This document shows, in pieces, positions 10,148 to 20,000 of a stretch of DNA of 20,000 bases. How positions within the stretch are numbered: position 1 is the first letter of the stretch; every line of letters begins with the position of its first letter. A program made the position numbers and the translations under genes. Source of the DNA: Chiloscyllium plagiosum (lineage: Eukaryota); NCBI RefSeq assembly GCF_004010195.1, contig NC_057718.1:78891081-78911080 (forward strand), in the 5' to 3' direction. Under the pieces are notes generated by a model. The model was not told the origin of the DNA and made no database searches. It was given only the letters and a program-made list of their open reading frames with translations.

Positions 10148-10746
10148 CACTTTCAGAGAACCGTGCACCTGAACTCCAAAGTCCCTCTGATCCACTACAC
10201 TCCTTAAGGCCTTACCATTCACCATGAATCTCCTACCTTGATCCCACTTTCCAAAATGCTAGACCTCACGCTTATCTGTATTAAACTCCATTTGCCATTT
10301 CTTGGCCCACTTCCCCAGCTGATCAAGGTCCTATTGCAATTTTTGGTAACCTTCCTCACAGCCCACAATACCACCTACTTTAGACTCATCTGTCAATTTA
10401 CTAATCATGCCTCTCATCCAAATCATTGATTTTGACAACAAACAGCAATGGGCCCAGCACTGACCCCTGAAATGCACCACTGGTCACAGGCCTCCAGTCC
10501 GACAAGGATCCTTCCACTATTATTAACCTCTGCTTCCTACCATCACACCAATTGTGGATCCCATGCGATCTAACCTTTCAGAACAGCCTACCATGTGGAA
10601 CCTTAGAAAAGACCTTACTGAAATCCATGTAGAGTATGTCTATGGCTCTGCCCTCATCAACCTTCCGGTCACTTCATCAAAGAACTCTGACTGATTTGTG
10701 AGGCATGATCTCCCACGCACAAGGCCATGCTGACTACTTCTAGTCA

Positions 10747-11382
10747 GATATTGTTCTCTGCAGTCAGAAAAATAAATCCTGAATGCGGTGTTGCCTGACC
10801 AGTGCCAGGGATCAGGACATTTTCTTAGGTTTAGAGAGGAACTTTGAGATAGGTAGAACAAAGAAATAGATCCTAGAAATAATAATCTCTGGGTTATTAC
10901 TTAATCCACAAACAAATTGTCATATAGTAAACTACACTTTCTCTTATTTTTCCTGCTGCTGCAAAGGTCTGTGCATGGCAGAAACTTCTGGAACCAGAAG
11001 TCAATGTGTTCACATGCTGAGGCAAAAGTGAGGACTGCAGATGCTGGAAACCAGAGTCTAGATTAGAGTGGTGCTGGAAAAGCACAGCAGGTCAGGCAGC
11101 ATCCGTGGAGCAGGAAAATCGATGTTTCAGGCAAAAGCCCTTCATAGGCCTCCATTCCTGATGAAGGGCTTTTGCCCAAAACGTCAATATTCCTGCTCCT
11201 CGGATGCTGTCTGACCTGCTGTGCTTTTCCAGCACCACTCTAATCTAGACTCTGTTCACATGCTGACCCATGTGTATGGACACTTGGAGCTGCTGCTGCT
11301 GATAAATTAGATCAATGAGTTGAATGCATGACTCAAAAACTGGTATGGAAGAAATGAATTTAAATTGATGGAGCACTGACAC
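10747..11382 (+). mobile_element. CR1 ORF1 (SGNH esterase) fragment split by nested insertions
   Basis: 10747-10932 reads in one frame DIVLCSQKNKS*MRCCLTSARDQDIFLGLERNFEIGRTKK*ILEIIISGLLLNPQTNCHIVN. 11305-11382 continues N*INELNA*LKNWYGRNEFKLMEH*H. These match the CR1 ORF1 CCLPGARV, IISGLLP and LNAWLxxWC blocks. Confidence 0.7.
11021..11252. mobile_element. Palindromic Penelope-derived mini-element with 14-bp TSD
   Basis: 94-bp inverted arms at 11052-11145 and 11161-11254 (7 mismatches) around a 15-bp spacer. TGTTCACATGCTGA at 11007-11020 and 11253-11266. Confidence 0.9.
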
Positions 11383-11684
11383 CTAGCACACACAATTTTT
11401 AAGCTACTGTATTGGGATATAGAAGTACTCAGTGCCCTGTGTTCTGCTAATGTAATATTGAAGTTAAGACTTTATATGGTGTGTTTCCCAATTTATATGT
11501 ATTATTCATGGACAAATGAATGGTAAATAAGTTCCTGCCACCAGGAAGCATTTTGGCTCCTCCAACGCCAATTAAACTTATCTTTACATCAGAAAACAGA
11601 TTTCAGTTCTTGACAAATTGAGTACCCCCGCCCATTATGCATTCTGCTCTTAAAGACCCCATTAAATGCCACCTATGCACAACT

Positions 11685-11930
11685 TGAAATCAGGAAGTAC
11701 CTTTTTCCTCCTGAATGGGAGCGGAAATCTGGATTTTTCTCTCTCAAAATGTGATTGGTCAATCAACGTTTTCAGGGCTGAGACTGGTAGATTTCTTTGC
11801 TGTGAGGATGTCAGGCAACATAGGACAAAGGTCAGGGGTTGGGTTGAGGCATAGATCAGCAACCGTGATTGAACTGAGAGGTAGAGAAGGCTCGAGGGGC
11901 TGAATGATCTACACCTGCTCTGTTGTTCCT
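11685..11930 (+). mobile_element. Old CR1 3' end
   Basis: INVFRAETGRFL C-terminal motif and 3' UTR GGCTCGAGGGGCTGAATG...CCTGCTC. Confidence 0.7.
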
Positions 11931-12182
11931 GGAACATAATTCTGCAATTATAAAAATTGACCATTACCCAGGAACTATCAACATTGGACTCAGACAACAT
12001 TGAACAGCTGCTATCATTAATCCAGTTAGACCCAGTCCACATTTGAATGGAAACAAGGTGATCATCTCAGAGGTATTGTCGCGCTCAAGTAATCCTTTGA
12101 AGTATAGCTGGCAGAACTTCAAATCAATTTAGTTGCTGAAGAAGATTCAGATCACTATATGATTGTAAAATGCACTTATATA

Positions 12183-12860
12183 TGATGATCAGACCAAGAG
12201 GCCCAAATATTAAACAGCAGGAGCTTTATTAAGGAGATGTTCATTCTACAGGCATCAAGGCCACTAAAATGTTTCCAGCCCAAACTAACCAATGACATCA
12301 TCATTACATCGCATTATTGGACTCTTAAAAGTGACAGTTCACCATACTTGCACAAGTATGCAACATTTTCTCCTCCCCCTCTCTTTATATGAGAGGTTCC
12401 TGCAATGAAAACATGCACAATATTTACAATCATACATACCACAGTCAGTAGGTAAGACATTCTGGAGGACAGCAATTCCAATGGAGCTGTCAATACACCT
12501 CAAGTGTCTGTTCTTTTTCTCTTTGGCTTTAACTCTGGTGTTGAGGTGTACTAGGAATATCTTTCATCGTTGTCTTTTCCTGAGATGACTAAATGTTCAG
12601 AGGTCTGCATAATGTCATGGCATTCTCTAGTAAGGTACTGTCTTCCTCAGATGCTTCAGTTACTGTTCTGTCCTCAGGTATATTCAGGTCTCTATTTGGC
12701 ACAGTGATTTGTAGATCTTCAATTAATGTTGTCTCTGGCACATTTGTTCTGGTTGCCAAGAATTGATCTGTATATTTTCTCCATTGTTAATATTGTTTCT
12801 ACCCAAAGAGACTGATAATGTCACCACTACATCATGTGTTTGGACTCGTAAGGTGCCAGT
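12183..12860 (-). mobile_element. Second decayed Gypsy 3' end (pol terminus, PPT, 3' LTR)
   Basis: Minus strand: QWRKYTDQFL (~12760-12790), WNCCPPECLTY* (12445-12480; consistent with CpG-decayed RNRRPPERL), PPT GAGGGGGAGGAGAAAA, then TGTTGCATA at 12365, and AATAAA at ~12226-12231. Left LTR boundary uncertain. Confidence 0.6.
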
Positions 12861-13129
12861 AAACTATATTTATAAAGATACACAACAATTATGATGAGGA
12901 TTGAGAAGTCCGAGTTGGACTGAGTTTAAGCAACTAATCAGTTCAGTTGCTTTCATGTCAATTTGTATTATAATATGAACCAGTTGTGATCTTGTCTAAT
13001 AATATTGCCAGGCCCTGTGGTTCTATTAAACAAAACAGTCGAACTAATACTGTTTTCCTAATATGCCAAAAACTCTCAATTCCTCAAAATTTGACCTTGA
13101 CACTTTTGCCCTGCCCTTTACTTGGTCTC

Positions 13130-13360
13130 TTAATGGGCAGCTGTGTTGCAGGCACTTAAGACCTAAGATCTGGAATTCACTACATAAACCTTTTTGTCTC
13201 GCCTTTTTAAAAATATTGCTTAATCTCTTAAATCAAGCATTTGGTCACTTGTTTAAGGTGTCCTTCTTTAGCTGTGTTGATGTTTTTTCTGATTACACAC
13301 CTGTTTAGTTTCCAGGGTCATTTTGACACATCAAAGGTAACTTCAAGCTGCAACCTGTTT
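13130..13360 (+). mobile_element. L2-type LINE 3' end, highly diverged
   Basis: PKIWNSL motif (CCTAAGATCTGGAATTC), CAAGCATTTGGTCA and AAAGG...TGCAA tail, resembling shark L2 3' ends. Confidence 0.55.
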
Positions 13361-13469
13361 TTTTATATCTGACTACATGACAACAGATTGTCAACAACTC
13401 TTTTTTACCTTTCTATGTAGCCTAATTGAGTGCCTATCCCCAGAGATTTGGCAAATTAAACAAAATGGT

Positions 13470-14930
13470 GATGATCTTTACATCCTCACTCTCCACGGGA
13501 GTAGTACCGGCTGGTTAGAGAGAGGTGACTGTTGTTCCTCTGTTCAAGGAAGGGAATATGGAAGTCCCTCGGAATTACAGACCAGTCACTCTTGCACCTG
13601 TGGTAAGCAAGGTACTGCAAAGGATTCTGGGAAGATTTATGACTATTTGGAAAAACATAGTTTGATTTAAAATAGTCAGCATGGCTTTGTGAGGGGCAGG
13701 TCGTGCCTTCTTTGAGTTCTTTGAGGATGTGACGAGACAAGTTGACAAAGACCGAGCAGTGGAAGTGGGGTATCTGGATTTCAGTAAGGCATTTGATAAA
13801 GTTCCCCACAATAGGAGTTGGGAGGTATGGGAAACAGGGAAATTTGGCTACCTGGATACAGAATTGGTGGCCAATAAAAGACAATGAGTGGTGGTGGATG
13901 TAAAGTATTCTGCCTGGAGGTCGGTGACCAGTGGTGTCCAGCAGGGATCTGTTCTTGGATCTCTGCTCTTGTAGTTTTATAAATGACTTGGATGAAGAAG
14001 TGGAAGGGTGGGTTAGTAAGTTTGCCGATGACACAAAGGTCGGTGGTGTTGTAGATAGTGTAGATAGTGTCGAGGGCTGTTGCAGGCTACAAGAAGACAT
14101 TGTCAGGATACAGAGCTGGGCTGAGAAGTGGCAGATGGAGTTCAATCTGGATAAATGTGAAGTGATTTATTTTGAAAGGCTGAATTTGAAATCTGAATAC
14201 AAAGTTAAAGTCAGGAGTCTTGGCAGTGTGGAGGAACAGTGGGATCTTGGGGTCCACATACATAGATCCCTCAAAGTTGCCATCCAAGTTGATAGGGTTG
14301 TTAAAAAGGTGTATAGTGTTTTGGCTTTCATTAACGGGGGATTGAGTTTAAGAGCCGTGAGGTTTTGTTGCAGCTGTATAAAACCCTGGTTAGACCACAT
14401 TTGGAATATTGTGTTCAGGTCTGGTCGCCTCATTATAGGAAGGACACAGATGTTTAGAGAGGGTGCAGAGGAGATTTACCAGGATGCTATCTCTATTGGT
14501 GGGCTTGTCTTATGAAGAGAGGCTGAGTGGGCTAGGCCTTTTCACACTGGAGAGAAGAAGGAAGAGGGGTGACATGATAGAAGTGTACAAGATAATGAGA
14601 GGCACAGATACAGTAGATCGCCAGGGACTTTTCCCCAGGGCAGAAGTGGCTGTCACAAGGGGTCATAAATTTAAGGCGATTGAAGAAAGGTATAGGGGAG
14701 ATGTCAGAGGTAGATTCTTTATATAGAAGGTGGTGGGTGCATGGAATGCATTGCCAGCAGTGGTAGTAGAATCAGAGACATTAGGAATATTTAAGCGACT
14801 GCTGGACAAGCACATGGACGACAGTAAATTGAGGGGTGTGTAGGTTAGGTTGATCTTAGATTAAAATAAATGCATGGCACAACATTGTGGGCTGAAGGGT
14901 CTGTACTGTGCTGCACTGTTCTATGTTCTA
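13470..14930 (+). mobile_element. CR1 LINE, 5'-truncated, most of RT to 3' tail
   Basis: NYRPVTL, SQHGFVRGRSC, YLDFSKAFDKVPH, KFADDTK (14018-14038), WAEKWQMEFN, RRRKRGDMIEVYKIM. (TTCTATG)n tail ending at 14930. Multiple stops and frameshifts. Confidence 0.97.
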
Positions 14931-15154
14931 AAACAGTGGAGTGCATGGCTCACTTCAACACTTCAGTTTCTTCAAATTGTTATATCTGTACAAAGAGCAG
15001 TAGAGGAAAATTGCCAACTGTAAATTGGTACCACAAATGATTTAGTGCTGGCTGGTGAGTTGTAGCATGAAAACCATTCCTCTTAAGTACTGTTTAAAAG
15101 AAGTTAATGAATGCTTCATTAAAAGCATAAATTGTCTCTCTGATTCCCAAATGG

Positions 15155-15230
15155 TTATTTTAATCAACCTGTTCAAAAATAACATGACATACGTCTGGAG
15201 CATGGGACTTGAACCAGGAGTTTCTGGCCC
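15155..15230 (-). mobile_element. Short tRNA-derived SINE fragment
   Basis: B-box GGTTCAAGTCCC on the minus strand at ~15204-15215, followed by TGAACAGGTTGATTA. Confidence 0.45.
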
Positions 15231-15689
15231 TAATTGCAAAATAATGTGTTGTTTATTGGTCACTTTTGCTTTTTCAAATATTACTGATTACTGTTCATAA
15301 CTTATATTTTATTTCACTAAAATACATTAGGTCTTAGAGGGGATGTTTATATTTTCCAAAATGCATATTGCACAATTGTTTGAATTCTGAATATTTAGAG
15401 TGCTCTAAGGAATTATTAAAGTTAATGTGACTTTGAATAGATAATTTTAGAGAATATTATTTAAAACCTTTATGTTAGTTTATTATATGTGTTGTCCGCA
15501 AGTCCTATGGTTCTCACAGAGTACTGGTTTTGTCCAAATATGTCATGCTCTACACCTTTCATACCCTCTGTTTCACCTTTCAGGCCTCTTAACTTCAACA
15601 TTCTCCTAGCAAATCTCTTTCAATCTTCATCTGACTCTAATCTGTCAAGATGATCCATAAAATCTAGTACTGCAACCAAACACTCCAGT

Positions 15690-15785
15690 ATCTCTTTCTT
15701 TGACTCAGTGCCAATTTTTCTCTGTTACAAAGTGCATTTGGATGTTATGCTATATTCAGGGCACTATTTAAATGCAAATTGTTGC
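15690..15785 (+). mobile_element. L2-type 3' tail
   Basis: AAGTGCATTTGGATG...GGCACTATTTAAATGCAAATTGTTG resembles the L2 tail (GCGCTATATAAATGCAAGTTGTTG). Confidence 0.5.
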
Positions 15786-15841
15786 AGTTATATATTGATT
15801 GTTATATCTACTGAACTTTTATCTGCTTAGGAATGGGAAAC

Positions 15842-16776
15842 TGTTAAAACAATGCTTTATAATTAATATTGCTTGAAGGGCACAGGCTTTGAAGGATTCT
15901 TGAAAATTGATTAATTTCATGTTTTGTGGAAACAACTGGAGTTGTTTCTTTAAGACAAGGTAATTCAAGGTTCATTGTGGACAGTGGTTCTGTTTTTAAA
16001 TTAGGTTTCCTAAACATCAAATAACTGGTGGTAATTTCTTGCTTTGCTATAAACTTCTGCTGGAGCTGTTCTTAACAGGAACTGGTTGGGAGAAGTTACT
16101 TGTTTTTATTTAGTTCATTTGGAGAAAAGCATATTAAGAACCAGCTAAGTTGGGGGAAAGTCTGCTAAAGTTGCTGAATTGAAGGAAAGCTTGCTAAGAA
16201 CAAATGGCCTGGCTAATCTGTCCCATTTCTGAAAAAAAAACTCTCTTCTTGAATTCAGGATGTTCTTTTGAAAAAGTGTTTGAAGAAGCTTCTTAAAATT
16301 ATAGTTCCTGAGCAACTAGCATCAGCAAATCTTCCAAGACAATTATGCGTGATTAGTGACTTGCTCACACATGACAAATCATCGGAACAACAGACTCCTG
16401 AACATCCAACACTTTATCCCTTTGTCTCTAAGAATAACTCATTTGGCAAAAGTATTTTTCAAAAAAACAGGCTCTTGTGCGGAAGCATTTTTTTTCCACT
16501 TTTCCTGAAGAATGTATGCGTTTGCAAGATAGTTATAAAGTTTAATCATTTCTATATTACTTAATTATTTGTTGCATCTTTATTGACTACGTTTTGTTTT
16601 GTTAATAAATCAATGTGTGTTTATTAAGAAACCTGGTGGACAGATCCAGTTGTTTAAAACCTGATGTAGATAAGGTATTTGACTGAAGTCATGATAACTG
16701 AATAAGTATTTTTATTTCATGTTGTGGGCCATGGAGGAGTTGGACTAAAATGATAATGTTCTCCTCAGCCTTAATA
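15842..16776 (+). mobile_element. Probable old solo LTR (~935 bp)
   Basis: Starts TGTTAA and ends TTAATA (one change from TTAACA). AATAAA at ~16604. No TSD recognised. Confidence 0.45.
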
Positions 16777-18016
16777 TCCGAAACATAAAGCAATAACAGG
16801 TCATACAATCAGAATTTGCTTACAAATTAGTCACATGCTGTATAACATTATTCATGCCAAGATTAGGTGGCAATTTCAACACGAATCACTGTAAGCAACA
16901 GCTGATATCCTTATATAGATCTTTATTATAGTTTAAAATCTCTCCCAATTCCTCACTCACTCCCTGCTCAAAACAGTCCTCTCCCAACCTATTCAGTCTT
17001 TTCCATTAATTGTTGACCTGTTTTCTGATTCTTTCAATGTATCCCACATCATGCCCTTTTTGCCATTTATCTCTTTGACCCTCCTCATTTCTCTCTTCTC
17101 AGCACATCTCTCTCCCAGCCTTCCTCACTATTTCTCTCACATTGTCTCCTGTTTGCTACTTCCATTTCCCTCTTGCTCCCCTCTACCTAGACCTCAACAT
17201 TCCTTCCCAATTGCCACTTTCATTCCCAGCCCCCTCATTCCATCCCACTCCTACATCCCTGCTCACTGCCTTGCTCATCACAAGGACTCAGGAAAGAGAC
17301 AACAAGATGGGTGTGCTAAGGGTTGTGGGAAAGAGGGCCTGAATGGGAAGAAGTGAGGATGGTGAATGATAAGGAGTGAGGGATAATGATTGAAATGATG
17401 AGAGTAACTTGGAAGGGATCAAAAGAGTTAAGATTGTGAGGGGTCTGGGGAGAGAAGGGGAAAATGAGAGGAAGTGAGAAATGCAATGAGTGCATGGTGG
17501 AAAGTAGCAAGGGAGAAAGAATTGTACGTTTATAAGAGCAGTGAAGTTAAAGAGAATTTTTGGACCAATTAGATTCACGATAATCAGATAGGTTTTTAGT
17601 ACAAAAATTAGAAGGTCAGGAACATATTATATGGCTTCTTCCTGGAAACTGATTTGTGTTAAGTGTGGTGTTTCTAGGAACACATTAGAAGTATCAGACA
17701 ATAGTTGCTGCATTTGTTTGGATGACAACTGAGTCAAAAATGTTCTGCTTCACTACCGATTCACAAATCTTGATTATTGCATACTTAATCACTAAAGAGT
17801 ACAAATGTTATCCATCCATGTTTATGTTTTTCATCCATTTTAATTTAGTTCAACATTTTTTAACTCATACTGTAATATTCATATACTCCATCAGTCCTTT
17901 CATATTCTAATTCAGCTTCCATGATTAATACAGGCAGCAGTTGATGGTAGGCCATGCAACTTTGAAATTCATCACTAGTAAGCTCAACCATTTACTTACT
18001 ACATACACACCCAGAT

Positions 18017-18478
18017 AATTGTAAACCTTGAAAGTGCTCAGAAAAGATTTGCAAGAATGTTGCCAGGGTTGGAGGGTTTGAGCCATAGGGAGTGGCTGAG
18101 TAGGCTGTGGCTGTTTTCCCTGGAGCATTGGAGGCTGAGGGGTGACCTTATAGAGGTTTATAAAATCATAAGGGACAGGGTAAATAGACAAGATCTTTTC
18201 TGTCGGGTGGAGGAGTCTAGAACTAGAGGAATAGGTTTAGGGTGAGAGAATAAACGTTTAAAAGGGAACTAAGGGATAACTTTTTCACGCAGAGGGTGGT
18301 GCATCTATGGAATGAGCTGCCAGAGGAAGTGATGGAAGCTGGTAAAATTACATTTAAAACATATGAATAGGAAGGATTTAGAGGGATATGGGTCTAGAAT
18401 AGTTTAGTATATCTGGTCGGCATGGACGAGTAGGACTGAAGGATCTATATCCGTGCTGTACGTTTCAATGACTCTATA
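18017..18478 (+). mobile_element. CR1 LINE 3' end, same subfamily type as 799-1790
   Basis: MLPGLEGLSHREWL...RLRGDLIEVYKII, WNELPEEVMEAG, and ATGACTCTAT tail. Confidence 0.92.
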
Positions 18479-18747
18479 GATTGTTGACGAGTGATCTGAA
18501 TCCTGGCTAATTCCTTTCCCTTTATGATTGTCCCCATTTAGTCCTCCCACCCACACAATCCCATCATTTATCCATTCTCCAGGTGCATAAACATCCCATC
18601 CTGATTGGAAGATGACCACATTCTATTGCTTTGGTCCTCAGTTCCAGTCTCTTTATCACTAATAATGTTATGCTACTTCATTTAATTCCCCAAAATTTTT
18701 CACCAGCATTACTTATAAAATATTGATAAAGGTTTTGGAAATTAACA

Positions 18748-18888
18748 GAATGAAGGGTTTGGAAATTGTGCAAGAAGGCAGAAATGAGATAGAAGGTCAC
18801 ACATAATCTTACTGAATGGCAAAACAAGCTCAAAAGGGCTGATTTGCCTCTTCTTAGTCCTGTTTCTAATGTTCCTATCTTATGTTCC
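18748..18888 (+). mobile_element. Old CR1 3' UTR
   Basis: TGAATGGCA...CAAGCTCAAAAGGGCTGATTTGCCT...TTCTAATGTTCCTAT tail. Confidence 0.6.
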
Positions 18889-19112
18889 CTCCATCAAGAA
18901 CATCAAGGATAATTGTAATACTCTATGTTCTCGGTAGACCTTATCTGCCATAAGGACTAAGGCTAAGACATGATCTGTGTGGCTCAATATTCTAATGCAG
19001 CATTTGATCATAGACATCAGAAACTAGTGGGCTGTTATATAGCGCACAAGTCCTTCTATTATTTCAAATAATCTCCAAGGGATTAGGATAAATGGTTGCA
19101 CGACACATCAGT

Positions 19113-19660
19113 TATAGAATCATTGAACGGGTACAACCCAGAAGGAAGTTATTCATTTCACTGTGTCCGCACTGGCTATCGAAAAGAGTAATTTGTATCA
19201 CACCTCTTTCTTTTCCTGGTAGCCCTAAAAATGTTTCATTTTCAGCCATTTGAATGCCATAATTGAATCTGTTTCCATCACACTCTCTCGAGTAGTGCAT
19301 TCCAGACCCTTGGAGATAGTGAAAACCGCAGATGCTGGAGAGTCAGAGTGGATAAAGAGTGGAGCTGGAAAAAGCACAGCAGGTCAGGCAGCATCAGTGG
19401 AGAAAGAGAGTCAACATTTCAAGTTGGAACCTTTTATCAGGATTGGATCCTAGCCACTCAGTATGTTAATAAAAGGTTTTCCTCATGTTGTCATTACGTT
19501 AATTACATTAAATCTGTATACATTGAAGCTTGATCATTCCACCAATGAAAACAATTTGTCTCTATTTACTTTTTCTAATTCCCTCAAGATTTTGTATATC
19601 TCTATCAAATTTACTGTCAACCATCTCTTCCCCCAACAGAATAGTCTCAGCTTCTTCAAT
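19113..19660 (-). mobile_element. Old CR1 3' end interrupted by a PLE fragment
   Basis: ATAGAATCAT tail at 19114, GSGMHYSRE/WNAL-type region, and GATTTTGTATATCTCTATCAAAT (minus strand LIEIYKI). Confidence 0.75.
19311..19445 (-). mobile_element. Penelope-like terminal-repeat fragment with decayed hammerhead
   Basis: GCAGATGCTGG...GCAGGTCAGGCAGCATC family motif. Minus strand reads AATC-CTGATAA-AAGGTTCCAACTT-GAAATGTT-GACT. Flanks GACCCT (19305-10) / GATCCT (19446-51). Confidence 0.75.
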
Positions 19661-19760
19661 TGAGGACTCTGGGTAATCCAAGATGGAGAACAGGAAAGAG
19701 TTCTGGCTGTAATAGGCTGCTCCTTTTTTGAGGTATTTTAGGTGTTGGAAGTAATTTCCT

Positions 19761-20000
19761 CACAGTAGTTAGCACTGCTGCCTCACAGCGCCAGAAACCC
19801 AGGTTCAATTCCCGCCTCAGGCGACTCTCTGTGTGGAGTTTGCACATTCTCCCTGTGTCTGCGTGGGTTTCCTCAGGGTGCTCCGGTTTCCTCCCACAAT
19901 CCAAAAATGTGCAGGTTAGGTGAATTGGCCATGCTAAATTGCCCGTAGTGTTAGGTGAAGGGGTAAATGTAGGGGAATGGGTCTGGGTGGGTTGCTCTTC
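19761..20000 (+). mobile_element. HE1-type V-SINE (runs off the window)
   Basis: tRNA head with B-box GGTTCAATTCC (19802-19812) and V-domain GTGTGGAGTTTGCACATTCTCCC...GGGTTTCCTC.GGGTGCTCCGGTTTCCTCCCACA.TCCAAA. Confidence 0.93.

Larger units (their letters stand above)
9616..10745 (-). mobile_element. CR1 LINE RT to C-terminus, lacking its 3' UTR, interrupted by a PLE fragment
   Basis: SSQHGLVRGRSCLTNQSEFFDEVT at ~10665-10740, and LFSLECRRLRGDLIEVYKIMRGMDRV...GESRTRGHEFKV at 9625-9775. Confidence 0.9.

Noticed and set aside
14051..14068. 9-bp tandem duplication (GTAGATAGT)2 giving VDSVDS
   Set aside because: Trivial slippage in a dead element.
13931..14515. 194-aa RT ORF and the 219-aa antisense ORF (13486-14145) as functional genes
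   Set aside because: Part of a frameshifted, 5'-truncated CR1. Antisense ORFs are common shadows of CR1 RT.
15558..15660. Acceptor-like pyrimidine tract ending CAG at 15583
   Set aside because: Downstream frames close quickly with no donor. The sequence loosely resembles decayed L2 ORF2 just upstream of an L2 tail.
19661..19760. AATCCAAGATGG-containing segment, possibly the 5' end of another repeat
   Set aside because: Only vague recall of a shark repeat, with no internal evidence to classify it.
19656..19904. ORF MDCGRKPEHPEETHADTGRMCKLHT
   Set aside because: Antisense translation of the V-SINE domain, a well-known spurious peptide.
1..20000. CRISPR arrays, tRNA/rRNA genes or prokaryotic systems
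   Set aside because: No regularly spaced repeats or operons. The tRNA-like boxes all belong to SINE heads.

Overview
Repeat-dense, AT-rich vertebrate genomic DNA, almost certainly from a shark or other elasmobranch. This is inferred from an HE1/V-SINE at the right end and from shark-type CR1 and Penelope repeats. No host exon, RNA gene or intact ORF could be supported, and every recognisable ORF in the track is a decayed retroelement fragment. The window is a nested stack of CR1 LINEs (ORF2 3' ends plus a rarer ORF1 esterase fragment), L2/CR1-group LINEs, tRNA-derived SINEs, Gypsy LTR-element remnants, solo LTRs and six short Penelope-like (PLE) terminal-repeat insertions. The most notable items are: (1) minimal hammerhead-ribozyme motifs in the PLE-derived insertions, with one core-intact copy at 10055-10082; (2) a ~230-bp palindromic PLE mini-element with a 14-bp TSD; (3) a ~182-bp local duplication of an already-decayed Gypsy integrase; (4) a SINE/LINE pair sharing a 3' tail; (5) an unexplained CpG-retaining segment where a CR1 3' end is missing. 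All family assignments come from recalled motifs, not database searches.
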